A DNA stretch of 17,257 nt from a virus (Duplodnaviria; Heunggongvirae; Uroviricota; Caudoviricetes), in IMG/VR virus record IMGVR_UViG_2778261676_000002. The stretch is one strand, 5' to 3'. The notes beneath the pieces were generated by a model. It was not told the DNA's origin. It made no database searches and was given only the letters and a program-made list of their open reading frames with translations. Below are positions 8,865 through 15,976 of this stretch, one piece after another; within the stretch, counting starts at the first letter, position 1; every line of letters starts with the position of its first letter. The position numbers were made by a program, and so were the translations under genes.

Positions 8865-9157
8865 TATCGCACTACAACATGCTTAGGGCAAGTCACGAAG
8901 GAAGTCAGAAAGTAGTCGTAAGAACGGTGATCACTGTCCGCTTTGTGCCAGGAGCAGCCATTGCTAAGTCCATCCTGTATTGTGCAGGTCAGCTCGTTTT
9001 TAAAGAGTCCGGCCATCATCTTACTGGTACAGACACCATATACTTTGTGACGGTCAGGCTACATATGCACAACTCAACTTATTCATCTATTTTTTGCTTT
9101 AGCATGTCAGTGTTGCTTTCTCGTCGGCGGGTGAGCGGTGACCTGACCTGTCGATAA
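8852..9157 (+). CDS. ydfV: YdfV-like ORF, 101 aa; doubtful as a protein-coding gene
   Basis: Length and position match the K-12 annotation ydfV, but the ORF starts inside relO and the translation is Cys/Ser/Val-rich with no clear SD. Confidence 0.3.
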   Translation: MSLQVSHYNMLRASHEGSQKVVVRTVITVRFVPGAAIAKSILYCAGQLVFKESGHHLTGTDTIYFVTVRLHMHNSTYSSIFCFSMSVLLSRRRVSGDLTCR

Positions 9158-9309
9158 AGGAACGTAACACGTTTTATGCAACACCCGCATGCGGCAGAAA
9201 ATTATTGCCGAACGTTTACCCCTGTCAACAAGCTTTACTTTCTGAGGCGCGCCAGCCCGCGAGGAAAACAATCTGAACATCAAACAATTAATGACACAAG
9301 AAATACGAT

Positions 9310-9336
9310 TAAAGATTTTTTTGTGCATGCCGATAG
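9310..9336 (+). promoter_or_regulatory. Sigma-28 (FliA) class-3 flagellar promoter of flxA
   Basis: TAAAGATT (9310-9317) -11 nt- GCCGATAG (9329-9336), close to the consensus TAAAGTTT-N11-GCCGATAA; 24 nt upstream of the flxA ATG. Confidence 0.6.
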
Positions 9337-9359
9337 TGCTTTTTTAAAAGGAGAAATCT

Positions 9360-9692
9360 ATGTCTGTCACAATTCAGGGAAATACCTCAACCGTTATTTC
9401 AAACAACTCCGCCCCGGAAGGAACATCAGAAATAGCCAAAATCACAAGACAAATTCAGGTGCTGACTGAAAAGCTTGGGAAAATCTCATCGGAAGAGGGG
9501 ATGACGACACAGCAGAAAAAAGAAATGGCTGCATTGGTACAGAAGCAAATTGAAAGCCTCTGGGCTCAACTGGAGCAGTTGTTAAGGCAGCAGGCAGAGA
9601 AAAAGAATGAAGACGCGACAGTTCAGCCTGATAAAAAAGAAGAGAAAAAAGACGATACAAATACCGCTGGCACCATTGATATTTACGTCTAA
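9360..9692 (+). CDS. flxA: FlxA, FliA-regulated protein, 110 aa
   Basis: MSVTIQGNTSTVISNNSAPEGTSEIAKITRQIQVLTEKLGK...; AAGGAG 7 nt upstream. Confidence 0.9.
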   Translation: MSVTIQGNTSTVISNNSAPEGTSEIAKITRQIQVLTEKLGKISSEEGMTTQQKKEMAALVQKQIESLWAQLEQLLRQQAEKKNEDATVQPDKKEEKKDDTNTAGTIDIYV

Positions 9693-9706
9693 GTGACAGC
9701 CGTATT

Positions 9707-9730
9707 GTGGCCCTCATCGGGCCACTTTTC
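9707..9730 (+). terminator. Intrinsic terminator of flxA
   Basis: Stem GTGGCCC (9707-9713) / GGGCCAC (9719-9725), loop TCATC, then TTTTC. Confidence 0.6.
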
Positions 9731-9779
9731 GCCATCAGCCTTTTCTTTAAAGACATATTATCTTTGTATCATTTCTGAT

Positions 9780-11628
9780 AGTTAACATTACAAGATATAA
9801 GTAATGGACGCACTCCCAATTAGTCTATTTAAATCGCCACGAGTTTAACTGACAACCCATGATCAATTATGAATTGCAACTATTTCTGTAGTCACTTTTG
9901 TGGGGACAGTCCACAAAACTGCCAACTTCCGCTTCTTGCTCTTAGCGGACATTAGCATAGGCTATTTACCATAACGCCTCATTACGCGCACCGCCCAGAC
10001 TGACTCAGCGCGTTTCTGGCATATCCCCGGTAAAACAAGTAACAAACCACCCGAAAATGAACACCAGAAACGCGACTTAAGAATCTACCCTATGAATGGA
10101 TATGCACTCAACCGAATCGATCTTGGTTTCAATCTTTTTTATCGGGATCAGGCTTCTTTTTAGGTAACTTCGGGGGCTTAACTTGCTGATGACTTTGCGT
10201 TCGGCGCGTAAGCCAGGGATGGTCAGCTTTAGGTTTAACATAGTATTTTGAGCGTAAATCAATACGGGCATTATCCACTCGTTCATGGACACTCTTTTCA
10301 TCATCCAGTGGTATAGGCTCCGGGCCATCAACATACTTTTCCCAGCCCAGCGCTTTCCCGTCATACAGAACGTTAATTTCACCGTCAAAGTTCTCGCATA
10401 CAGTAACAACCGAATGCCTAAGTCGATATCCCCGGCCCTCACTGCGTACCTGAAACGCACTGCTTTTGTACTGGAAAGTGAGATTTTTAGACAGAACGCG
10501 CTTCGCCTGTAGGCTGAAGATATAACCCAGTTCCTCTTCAGAATGGTGCACATCAAGATGAGCATTATCAGTAGTACGAGGCGACGTAGCGAACCGGTTG
10601 TTATAGGCTTCAATAAAGGTCGGCAACCATGCATTTGCTGTTTCAATATCACTGATATTCTGAAGCCGCATTTCTTTGACCAGCCTGTCCTGTAGTGTCT
10701 GATTGGCGCGCTCTACCCGCCCTTTTGCCTGCGGGCTGTTGGCATGGATTGGCTCGATGCCCAGTGTCTTTATCGCACGAGTGAACTGGGTCAGCTCACC
10801 TTCCCGCTCTGGGCTATTTACCCTGAATATACTGTGTCTATCAGAGTAGAGAGCGAGCGGTACGCCATGATCATTAAGGTAACCCCGGAGGGTTTCCATG
10901 TAAGCCCGGGTTGTTTCAGCAGGCACAAAACGCAACGCCATCAACGCACTGGTGGCATCATCAATGAAAACGATCAGTGTACATCTGGGGCCTCGATTTT
11001 CAAACCAGTCATGAGGTGAGCCATCAATCTGGATCAGTTCACCGTAAGATGGTCGTCGCATGCGGCGTTGATATATACGGGCAATTTTACGACGGCGTTC
11101 ACGCCATAACCCCTCTTCTATCATCCACTTTCTGAGAGTTTCAACGGATAAAGATAAACCGTGTATCTCGCGCAATTTTTCGCACGCAAACGTAGGTCCA
11201 AAATCAGCGTAACGGCCTTTGAGGAGTGAAATTACTGTTGCTCTGAATTCAGTAGAAAAGGAATTATTAGGACGCTTTCCACGTCGGTGGGAAACCAGAC
11301 CAGAAGGCCCTTCATTTCTATACCGTTGCACCAGACGTTTAACCTGCCGAATAGAAATGCCAATGCGTGCCGCAGCTTGTTCCTGAATAATCTGAAGTCG
11401 GTGGAGTTCCTTATGACTCATCGTAACAGTCTCTTTGATCATGAAAAATCCCCCAGAGAATTGTCTGGGGACATTTTAGAATGGTTCAAAGGGGACATTA
11501 CAGCTTGGTGTTAACAATAGCCTGCTTCTCCGTGCCTTTCGGCACGTAAGAGGCTAACCTACATGTGTCTAGCATGAAATTGGCCTCAGATTAATGTTAA
11601 GCGTCTTGCAGGACGCGTAATGTTAACT
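9780..11628 (-). mobile_element. Insertion-sequence-like element carrying a DDE transposase; boundaries tentative
   Basis: Transposase CDS 10129-11442; a perfect 12-bp inverted repeat AGTTAACATTAC (9780-9791) / GTAATGTTAACT (11617-11628) brackets it, but it contains a GTTAAC palindrome, does not extend, and has no flanking direct repeats. Confidence 0.3.
10129..11442 (-). CDS. DDE transposase (rve/integrase-core fold), 437 aa; ISNCY/IS481-like by appearance
   Basis: N-terminal HTH-like region then DDE triad context ...LIQIDGSPHDW..., ...LALYSDRHSIF..., ...AKGRVERANQTL...; family assignment from memory only; alternative start at 11419-11421. Confidence 0.8.
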   Translation of the reverse strand: MIKETVTMSHKELHRLQIIQEQAAARIGISIRQVKRLVQRYRNEGPSGLVSHRRGKRPNNSFSTEFRATVISLLKGRYADFGPTFACEKLREIHGLSLSVETLRKWMIEEGLWRERRRKIARIYQRRMRRPSYGELIQIDGSPHDWFENRGPRCTLIVFIDDATSALMALRFVPAETTRAYMETLRGYLNDHGVPLALYSDRHSIFRVNSPEREGELTQFTRAIKTLGIEPIHANSPQAKGRVERANQTLQDRLVKEMRLQNISDIETANAWLPTFIEAYNNRFATSPRTTDNAHLDVHHSEEELGYIFSLQAKRVLSKNLTFQYKSSAFQVRSEGRGYRLRHSVVTVCENFDGEINVLYDGKALGWEKYVDGPEPIPLDDEKSVHERVDNARIDLRSKYYVKPKADHPWLTRRTQSHQQVKPPKLPKKKPDPDKKD

Positions 11629-11776
11629 GGGGCTTTTCTCTATCTGCCGTTGGTGTCCATGCCCGAGGCAGATAGCCTCAAGCACCCGCAGTCATTCTAC
11701 TTAACTAAGATTTCCCCGCAAACCGTTTTTGTCCAGCACAGTAAATATCCAACTAAACCAATGGAGTTCGCTGTAT

Positions 11777-11956
11777 TTACCGCCAGTATTCAATGCACAT
11801 GACCGCCATGAACACCCCTAAAAAAAGGGCATTTATATATCCAAATATTAATATCAAAACATCAACTTTTTCCATATACCTTGCTGTGAAGATGATGGGC
11901 ATACATGATGCGAACAACCAGAACGCAACAAACAAAAACTGCAATGCGTTTTTCAT
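11777..11956 (-). CDS. Small two-TM membrane protein, 59 aa, AT-rich gene of unknown function
   Basis: MKNALQFLFVAFWLFASCMPIIFTARYMEKVDVLILIFGYINALFLGVFMAVMCIEYWR; AGGAGG 4 nt upstream of the ATG at 11954-11956; the ORF-track start at 11995 is rejected. Confidence 0.5.
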   Translation of the reverse strand: MKNALQFLFVAFWLFASCMPIIFTARYMEKVDVLILIFGYINALFLGVFMAVMCIEYWR

Positions 11957-12210
11957 TATTCCTCCTACAATCAATGTGCAATTACATTTAAACACACCTC
12001 AATTTGGCCGGACATATAAATATCTAAACCAGAAAAAATCACTTACATAGCGTTACAAACTCTTTAGTCTAAAGGTTCATCGTAAAACATTCCCCATACT
12101 TATCAGTCCGTTCCGCGCCAGGTAGCTCATTGCCTTATCTGGCAACCTGTAATCAGGTTTCCGCTTTTTCAGTTGGCTGGTCGTTTAACCGACATAGTTA
12201 ATCCATTAAT

Positions 12211-12498
12211 CTAGTTGCCGGATGTTGGTGGATTTTCGCGTTTTAGTTGTTCATAAAAGTGCACAGCTTTAACCAGTTCTTCTGATGTAACTGGGACTGG
12301 TGAGGCAGTGAATAAGGCCTGAATTTGATAGTTCGGCCTGTCGTTACAATCCTCTTTTTTCGGTACATATTTCCAGTCACCAGACCACTACTTCCCCTGA
12401 AAGTCCGTAACGCCTTTTTTCACGTAGCGATATCGCCATGCCACTGGTTTTGCTTGCCCCGCCGTTTCATGCCCTTCCTGATAATTAATCTCGCTCAT
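12211..12498 (-). pseudogene. 95-codon ORF interrupted by one in-frame amber (TAG) codon at 12388-12390; function unknown
   Basis: MSEINYQEGHETAGQAKPVAWRYRYVKKGVTDFQGK-[TAG]-WSGDWKYVPKKEDCNDRPNYQIQALFTASPVPVTSEELVKAVHFYEQLKRENPPTSGN; protein-like composition on both sides of the stop; GGGG about 8 nt upstream of the ATG. Confidence 0.4.
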
Positions 12499-12677
12499 TC
12501 ATCGCCCCACTCATCACAATATGCTTCGACCGGAGTTTTTCCCGCTTCATAGTCATCACGCTAGGATTCGACATCAGCAGCACTTCCACCGCGTATCCGG
12601 CGTTAATTGTTAACTGGTTAACGTCACCTGGAGGCACCAGGCACTGCATCACAAAATTCATTGTTGAGGACGCGATA

Positions 12678-12866
12678 ATGAAAACGTTATTACCAAACGT
12701 TAATACGTCTGAAGGTTGTTTTGAAATTGGTGTCACTATCAGTAACCCAGTATTTACTGAAGATGCCATTAACAAGAGAAAACAAGAACGGGAGCTATTA
12801 AATAAAATATGCATTGTTTCAATGCTGGCTCGTTTACGTCTGATGCCAAAAGGATGTGCACAATGA
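12678..12866 (+). CDS. dicB: DicB, 62 aa, cell-division inhibitor (acts via MinC)
   Basis: MKTLLPNVNTSEGCFEIGVTISNPVFTEDAINKRKQERELLNKICIVSMLARLRLMPKGCAQ, recalled as K-12 DicB; GAGGA 7 nt upstream. Confidence 0.7.
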   Translation: MKTLLPNVNTSEGCFEIGVTISNPVFTEDAINKRKQERELLNKICIVSMLARLRLMPKGCAQ

Positions 12867-13054
12867 ATTCAGCATTTGTGCTTGTTCTGACAGTTTTTCT
12901 TGTTTCCGGAGAGCCAGTTGATATTGCAGTCAGTGTTCACAGGACAATGCAGGAGTGTATGACTGCAGCAACCGAACAGAAAATTCCCGGTAACTGTTAC
13001 CCGGTCGATAAAGTTATTCACCAGGATAATATCGAAATCCCGGCAGGTCTTTAA
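12863..13054 (+). CDS. ydfD: YdfD, 63 aa, small lysis protein with N-terminal TM segment
   Basis: MNSAFVLVLTVFLVSGEPVDIAVSVHRTMQECMTAATEQKIPGNCYPVDKVIHQDNIEIPAGL; ATG overlaps the dicB stop (ATGA). Confidence 0.7.
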   Translation: MNSAFVLVLTVFLVSGEPVDIAVSVHRTMQECMTAATEQKIPGNCYPVDKVIHQDNIEIPAGL

Positions 13055-13146
13055 AACAGTTCCGTAATAAATATCCGGTTTCATTCTTATATGCCAGCAA
13101 TGGCAGGGATTTGTTCATCCTTAAATCTGTCATGAGGTTAAAACAA

Positions 13147-15618
13147 ATGAGTAAAGTCTTTATTTGCGCCGCTATTCCTGACGAACTGGCAACAAGGGAA
13201 GAAGGCGCTGTGGCTGTAGCCACAGCCATTGAAGCTGGCGACGAACGCCGTGCTCGAGCAAAATTTCACTGGCAATTCCTGGAACATTATCCGGCTGCTC
13301 AGGACTGCGCTTATAAATTTATTGTCTGCGAGGATAAACCTGGCATACCCCGCCCTGCCCTCGATTCATGGGATGCTGAATATATGCAGGAAAACCGCTG
13401 GGATGAGGAGTCTGCTTCTTTTGTCCCGGTTGAGACTGAATCCGATCCGATGAACGTCACTTTTGACAAGCTGGCCCCTGAAGTACAGAACGCTGTCATG
13501 GTTAAGTTCGACACATGTGAAAACATCACCGTTGATATGGTTATTAGCGCACAGGAATTGTTGCAGGAAGACATGGCAACATTCGACGGACATATCGTTG
13601 AAGCGTTGATGAAAATGCCAGAAGTTAACGCCATGTATCCGGAGCTTAAGTTGCACGCCATTGGGTGGGTTAAGCATAAATGTATTCCTGGTGCTAAATG
13701 GCCCGAAATTCAGGCAGAGATGCGCATCTGGAAAAAACGTCGCGAAGGTGAACGCAAGGAAACCGGAAAATACACGTCTGTTGTTGATCTCGCCCGCGCC
13801 AGAGCCAATCAACAGTACACTGAAAATTCAACAGGAAAAATCAGCCCGGTCATTGCTGCCATTCATCGCGAATACAAGCAGACATGGAAAACACTGGATG
13901 ACGAACTGGCCTACGCTCTCTGGCCTAGTGATGTGGATGCCGGAAACATTGACGGCAGCATCCATCGCTGGGCAAAAAAAGAAGTTATCGACAACGACCG
14001 CGAAGACTGGAAGCGTATCTCGGCATCAATGCGCAAACAGCCTGATGCCCTTCGCTACGACCGCCAAACTATTTTTGGCCTTGTCCGTGAGCGTCCGATC
14101 GACATTCACAAAGATCCCGTAGCACTGAACAAATATATCTGCGAATACCTGACGACAAAGGGCGTGTTTGAGAATGAAGAAACAGACCTGGGCACTGTTG
14201 ATGTTCTCCAGTCATCAGAAACACAAACTGATGCAGTGGAAACTGAGGTATCTGATATCCCAAAAAATGAAACCGCGCCGGAAGCTGAACCATCTGTAGA
14301 GCGTGAGGGGCCGTTCTATTTCCTCTTCGCAGATAAGGACGGAGAAAAATACGGTCGCGCAAACAAACTCTCTGGTCTGGATAAGGCACTGGCTGCTGGC
14401 GCCACTGAAATCACAAAAGAAGAATATTTTGCCCGAAAAAATGGCACATACACGGGCTTACCGCAAAATGTAGATACCGCTGAAGATTCAGAACAACCAG
14501 AGCCGATAAAAGTTACCGCTGACGAAGTAAACAAAATTATGCAGGCAGCCAATATCAGCCAGCCTGACGCCGATAAGTTGCTTGCTGCATCACGTGGTGA
14601 ATTTGTTGAAGGGATTAGTGACCCGAATGATCCGAAATGGGTTAAGGGGCTCCAGACCCGCGATTCTGTGAACCAGAACCAGCATGAATCGGAACGGAAC
14701 TACCAAAAAGCGGAACAAAACAGTCCAAATGCGTTACAAAACGAGCCAGAAACGAAACAGCCTGAACCAGTAGCGCAACAGGAAGTGGAAAAAGTCTGCA
14801 CCGCCTGCGGTCAGACCGGCGGCGGCAACTGCCCTGATTGTGGCGCGGTGATGGGCGACGCAACATACCAAGAAACATTCGATGAAGAGTATCAGGTTGA
14901 AGTTCAGGAAGATGATCCGGAGGAAATGGAAGGCGCTGAACATCCACACAAGGAGAACACTGGCGGCAATCAGCATCACAATAGCGATAATGAAACTGGC
15001 GAGACGGCAGATCACCCAATTAAGGTGAACGGTCATCACGAAATCACATCCACCAGCAGGACGTGTGACCATCTAATGATCGACCTTGAAACCATGGGAA
15101 AAAATCCTGATGCCCCGATCATCTCAATAGGTGCAATATTTTTCGATCCGCAAACCGGAGATATGGGACCGGAATTTAGTAAGACTATCGATCTGGAAAC
15201 TGCTGGCGGAGTCATTGATCGGGACACCATTAAATGGTGGCTTAAGCAATCACGCGAAGCGCAATCTGCCATTATGACCGATGAAATCCCGTTAGATGAT
15301 GCACTGTTACAATTGCGAGAATTTATCGACGAAAACTCCGGTGAATTTTTTGTTCAGGTTTGGGGAAATGGAGCCAACTTCGACAACACGATTTTGCGCC
15401 GTTCATACGAACGGCAGGGGATCCCCTGCCCGTGGCGTTACTACAACGATCGCGATGTACGCACAATCGTTGAGCTGGGGAAAGCCATAGACTTCGATGC
15501 CAGAACGGCTATTCCATTCGAAGGTGAGCGCCATAATGCACTTGATGACGCCCGTTACCAGGCAAAATACGTTTCAGTTATCTGGCAAAAACTGATCCCG
15601 AGTCAGGCTGATTCTTAA
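13147..15618 (+). CDS. 823-aa RecE-like protein with C-terminal DEDDh (DnaQ/RNase T-like) 3'-5' exonuclease domain
   Basis: ATG at 13147 with GAGG 9 nt upstream (ORF-track TTG at 13111 rejected). Middle region KLLAASRGEFVEGISDPNDPKWVKG and CTACGQTGGGNCPDCGAVMGDATYQETFDEE matches RecE as recalled; C-terminus (from 15061) has MIDLET, VWGNGANFD and HNALDDARY motifs. K-12 ydfE may be the N-terminal remnant of this gene (memory only). Confidence 0.8.
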   Translation: MSKVFICAAIPDELATREEGAVAVATAIEAGDERRARAKFHWQFLEHYPAAQDCAYKFIVCEDKPGIPRPALDSWDAEYMQENRWDEESASFVPVETESDPMNVTFDKLAPEVQNAVMVKFDTCENITVDMVISAQELLQEDMATFDGHIVEALMKMPEVNAMYPELKLHAIGWVKHKCIPGAKWPEIQAEMRIWKKRREGERKETGKYTSVVDLARARANQQYTENSTGKISPVIAAIHREYKQTWKTLDDELAYALWPSDVDAGNIDGSIHRWAKKEVIDNDREDWKRISASMRKQPDALRYDRQTIFGLVRERPIDIHKDPVALNKYICEYLTTKGVFENEETDLGTVDVLQSSETQTDAVETEVSDIPKNETAPEAEPSVEREGPFYFLFADKDGEKYGRANKLSGLDKALAAGATEITKEEYFARKNGTYTGLPQNVDTAEDSEQPEPIKVTADEVNKIMQAANISQPDADKLLAASRGEFVEGISDPNDPKWVKGLQTRDSVNQNQHESERNYQKAEQNSPNALQNEPETKQPEPVAQQEVEKVCTACGQTGGGNCPDCGAVMGDATYQETFDEEYQVEVQEDDPEEMEGAEHPHKENTGGNQHHNSDNETGETADHPIKVNGHHEITSTSRTCDHLMIDLETMGKNPDAPIISIGAIFFDPQTGDMGPEFSKTIDLETAGGVIDRDTIKWWLKQSREAQSAIMTDEIPLDDALLQLREFIDENSGEFFVQVWGNGANFDNTILRRSYERQGIPCPWRYYNDRDVRTIVELGKAIDFDARTAIPFEGERHNALDDARYQAKYVSVIWQKLIPSQADS

Positions 15619-15629
15619 TGTTCAACTGT

Positions 15630-15661
15630 CGCCGGTTGTGACTGGTATTCTGCAACCGGCG
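15630..15661 (+). other. 9-bp-stem hairpin immediately after the exonuclease gene (CGCCGGTTG / CAACCGGCG, 14-nt loop)
   Basis: Perfect inverted repeat 15630-15638/15653-15661; no U-tract, so not a canonical intrinsic terminator. Confidence 0.3.
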
Positions 15662-15690
15662 CTCGTCTGATGTAAGAGATAAAGAAATCG

Positions 15691-15942
15691 ATGAGCGAAG
15701 TAATCATGATTGTCTCTCCCGGCAAATGGGTATCCGAAGAGCAGTTAATTGCGCTGAAAGGAATAAAAAAAGGTACGTTAAAAAAGGCCCGGGAAAAATC
15801 GTTTATGGAAGGAAGGGAATATAAGCATGTCGCTCATGACGGTATGCCATGGGATAACAGTCCATGCTTTTACAACCTGGAAGAAATTGATCGCTGGATT
15901 GAGCGCCAGGCATCAGCGAGACCAAGACGTCATCTTACTTGA
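15691..15942 (+). CDS. Excisionase-like (Xis) small DNA-binding protein, 83 aa
   Basis: MSEVIMIVSPGKWVSEEQLIALKGIKKGTLKKAREKSFMEGREYKHV...; basic, sits directly upstream of the integrase; family assignment from memory and position only. Confidence 0.55.
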   Translation: MSEVIMIVSPGKWVSEEQLIALKGIKKGTLKKAREKSFMEGREYKHVAHDGMPWDNSPCFYNLEEIDRWIERQASARPRRHLT

Positions 15943-15976
15943 CTAAAAGCCACACTAACTAATGAGAGAAGTTGAA

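Noticed and set aside
9107-9756. ORFs 9107..9328 (-), 9176..9469 (+) and 9442..9756 (-)
   Set aside because: Overlap the flxA promoter or coding region in the wrong frame or strand; flxA itself is well supported.
10077-11514. ORFs 10077..10652 (-), 10285..10512 (+), 10744..11019 (+) and 11287..11514 (+) inside the transposase gene
   Set aside because: Alternative-frame or antisense shadows of the 437-aa transposase ORF.
11620-12050. Plus-strand ORFs 11620..11802 and 11793..12050
   Set aside because: No SD; the second is antisense to the SD-led small membrane-protein gene and reflects AT-rich sequence lacking stops.
12430-12677. Search for the DicF sRNA upstream of dicB
   Set aside because: In K-12, dicF lies about 190 nt upstream of dicB. 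I found no match to the DicF sequence as I remember it (only an 8-9 nt chance similarity near 12371-12390), so no call is made. My recollection of the DicF sequence may be imperfect; a covariance-model search (Rfam DicF) is needed.
12325-12814. ORFs 12325..12552 (+, TTG start) and 12485..12814 (-)
   Set aside because: The plus ORF has a Phe/Pro/Arg-rich junk-like translation antisense to the amber-interrupted ORF; the minus ORF is antisense to dicB.
13111-13146. TTG start at 13111 for the large exonuclease gene
   Set aside because: The ATG at 13147 has a GAGG SD at 9-nt spacing; the TTG has none.
12869-15490. Twelve ORFs nested in the 823-aa gene (12869..13084, 13014..13229, 13229..13453, 13311..13661, 13366..13812, 13661..14122, 14069..14389, 14316..14552, 14642..15019, 14734..15072, 15036..15272, 15296..15490)
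   Set aside because: Alternative-frame or antisense ORFs within a long, clearly coding frame.
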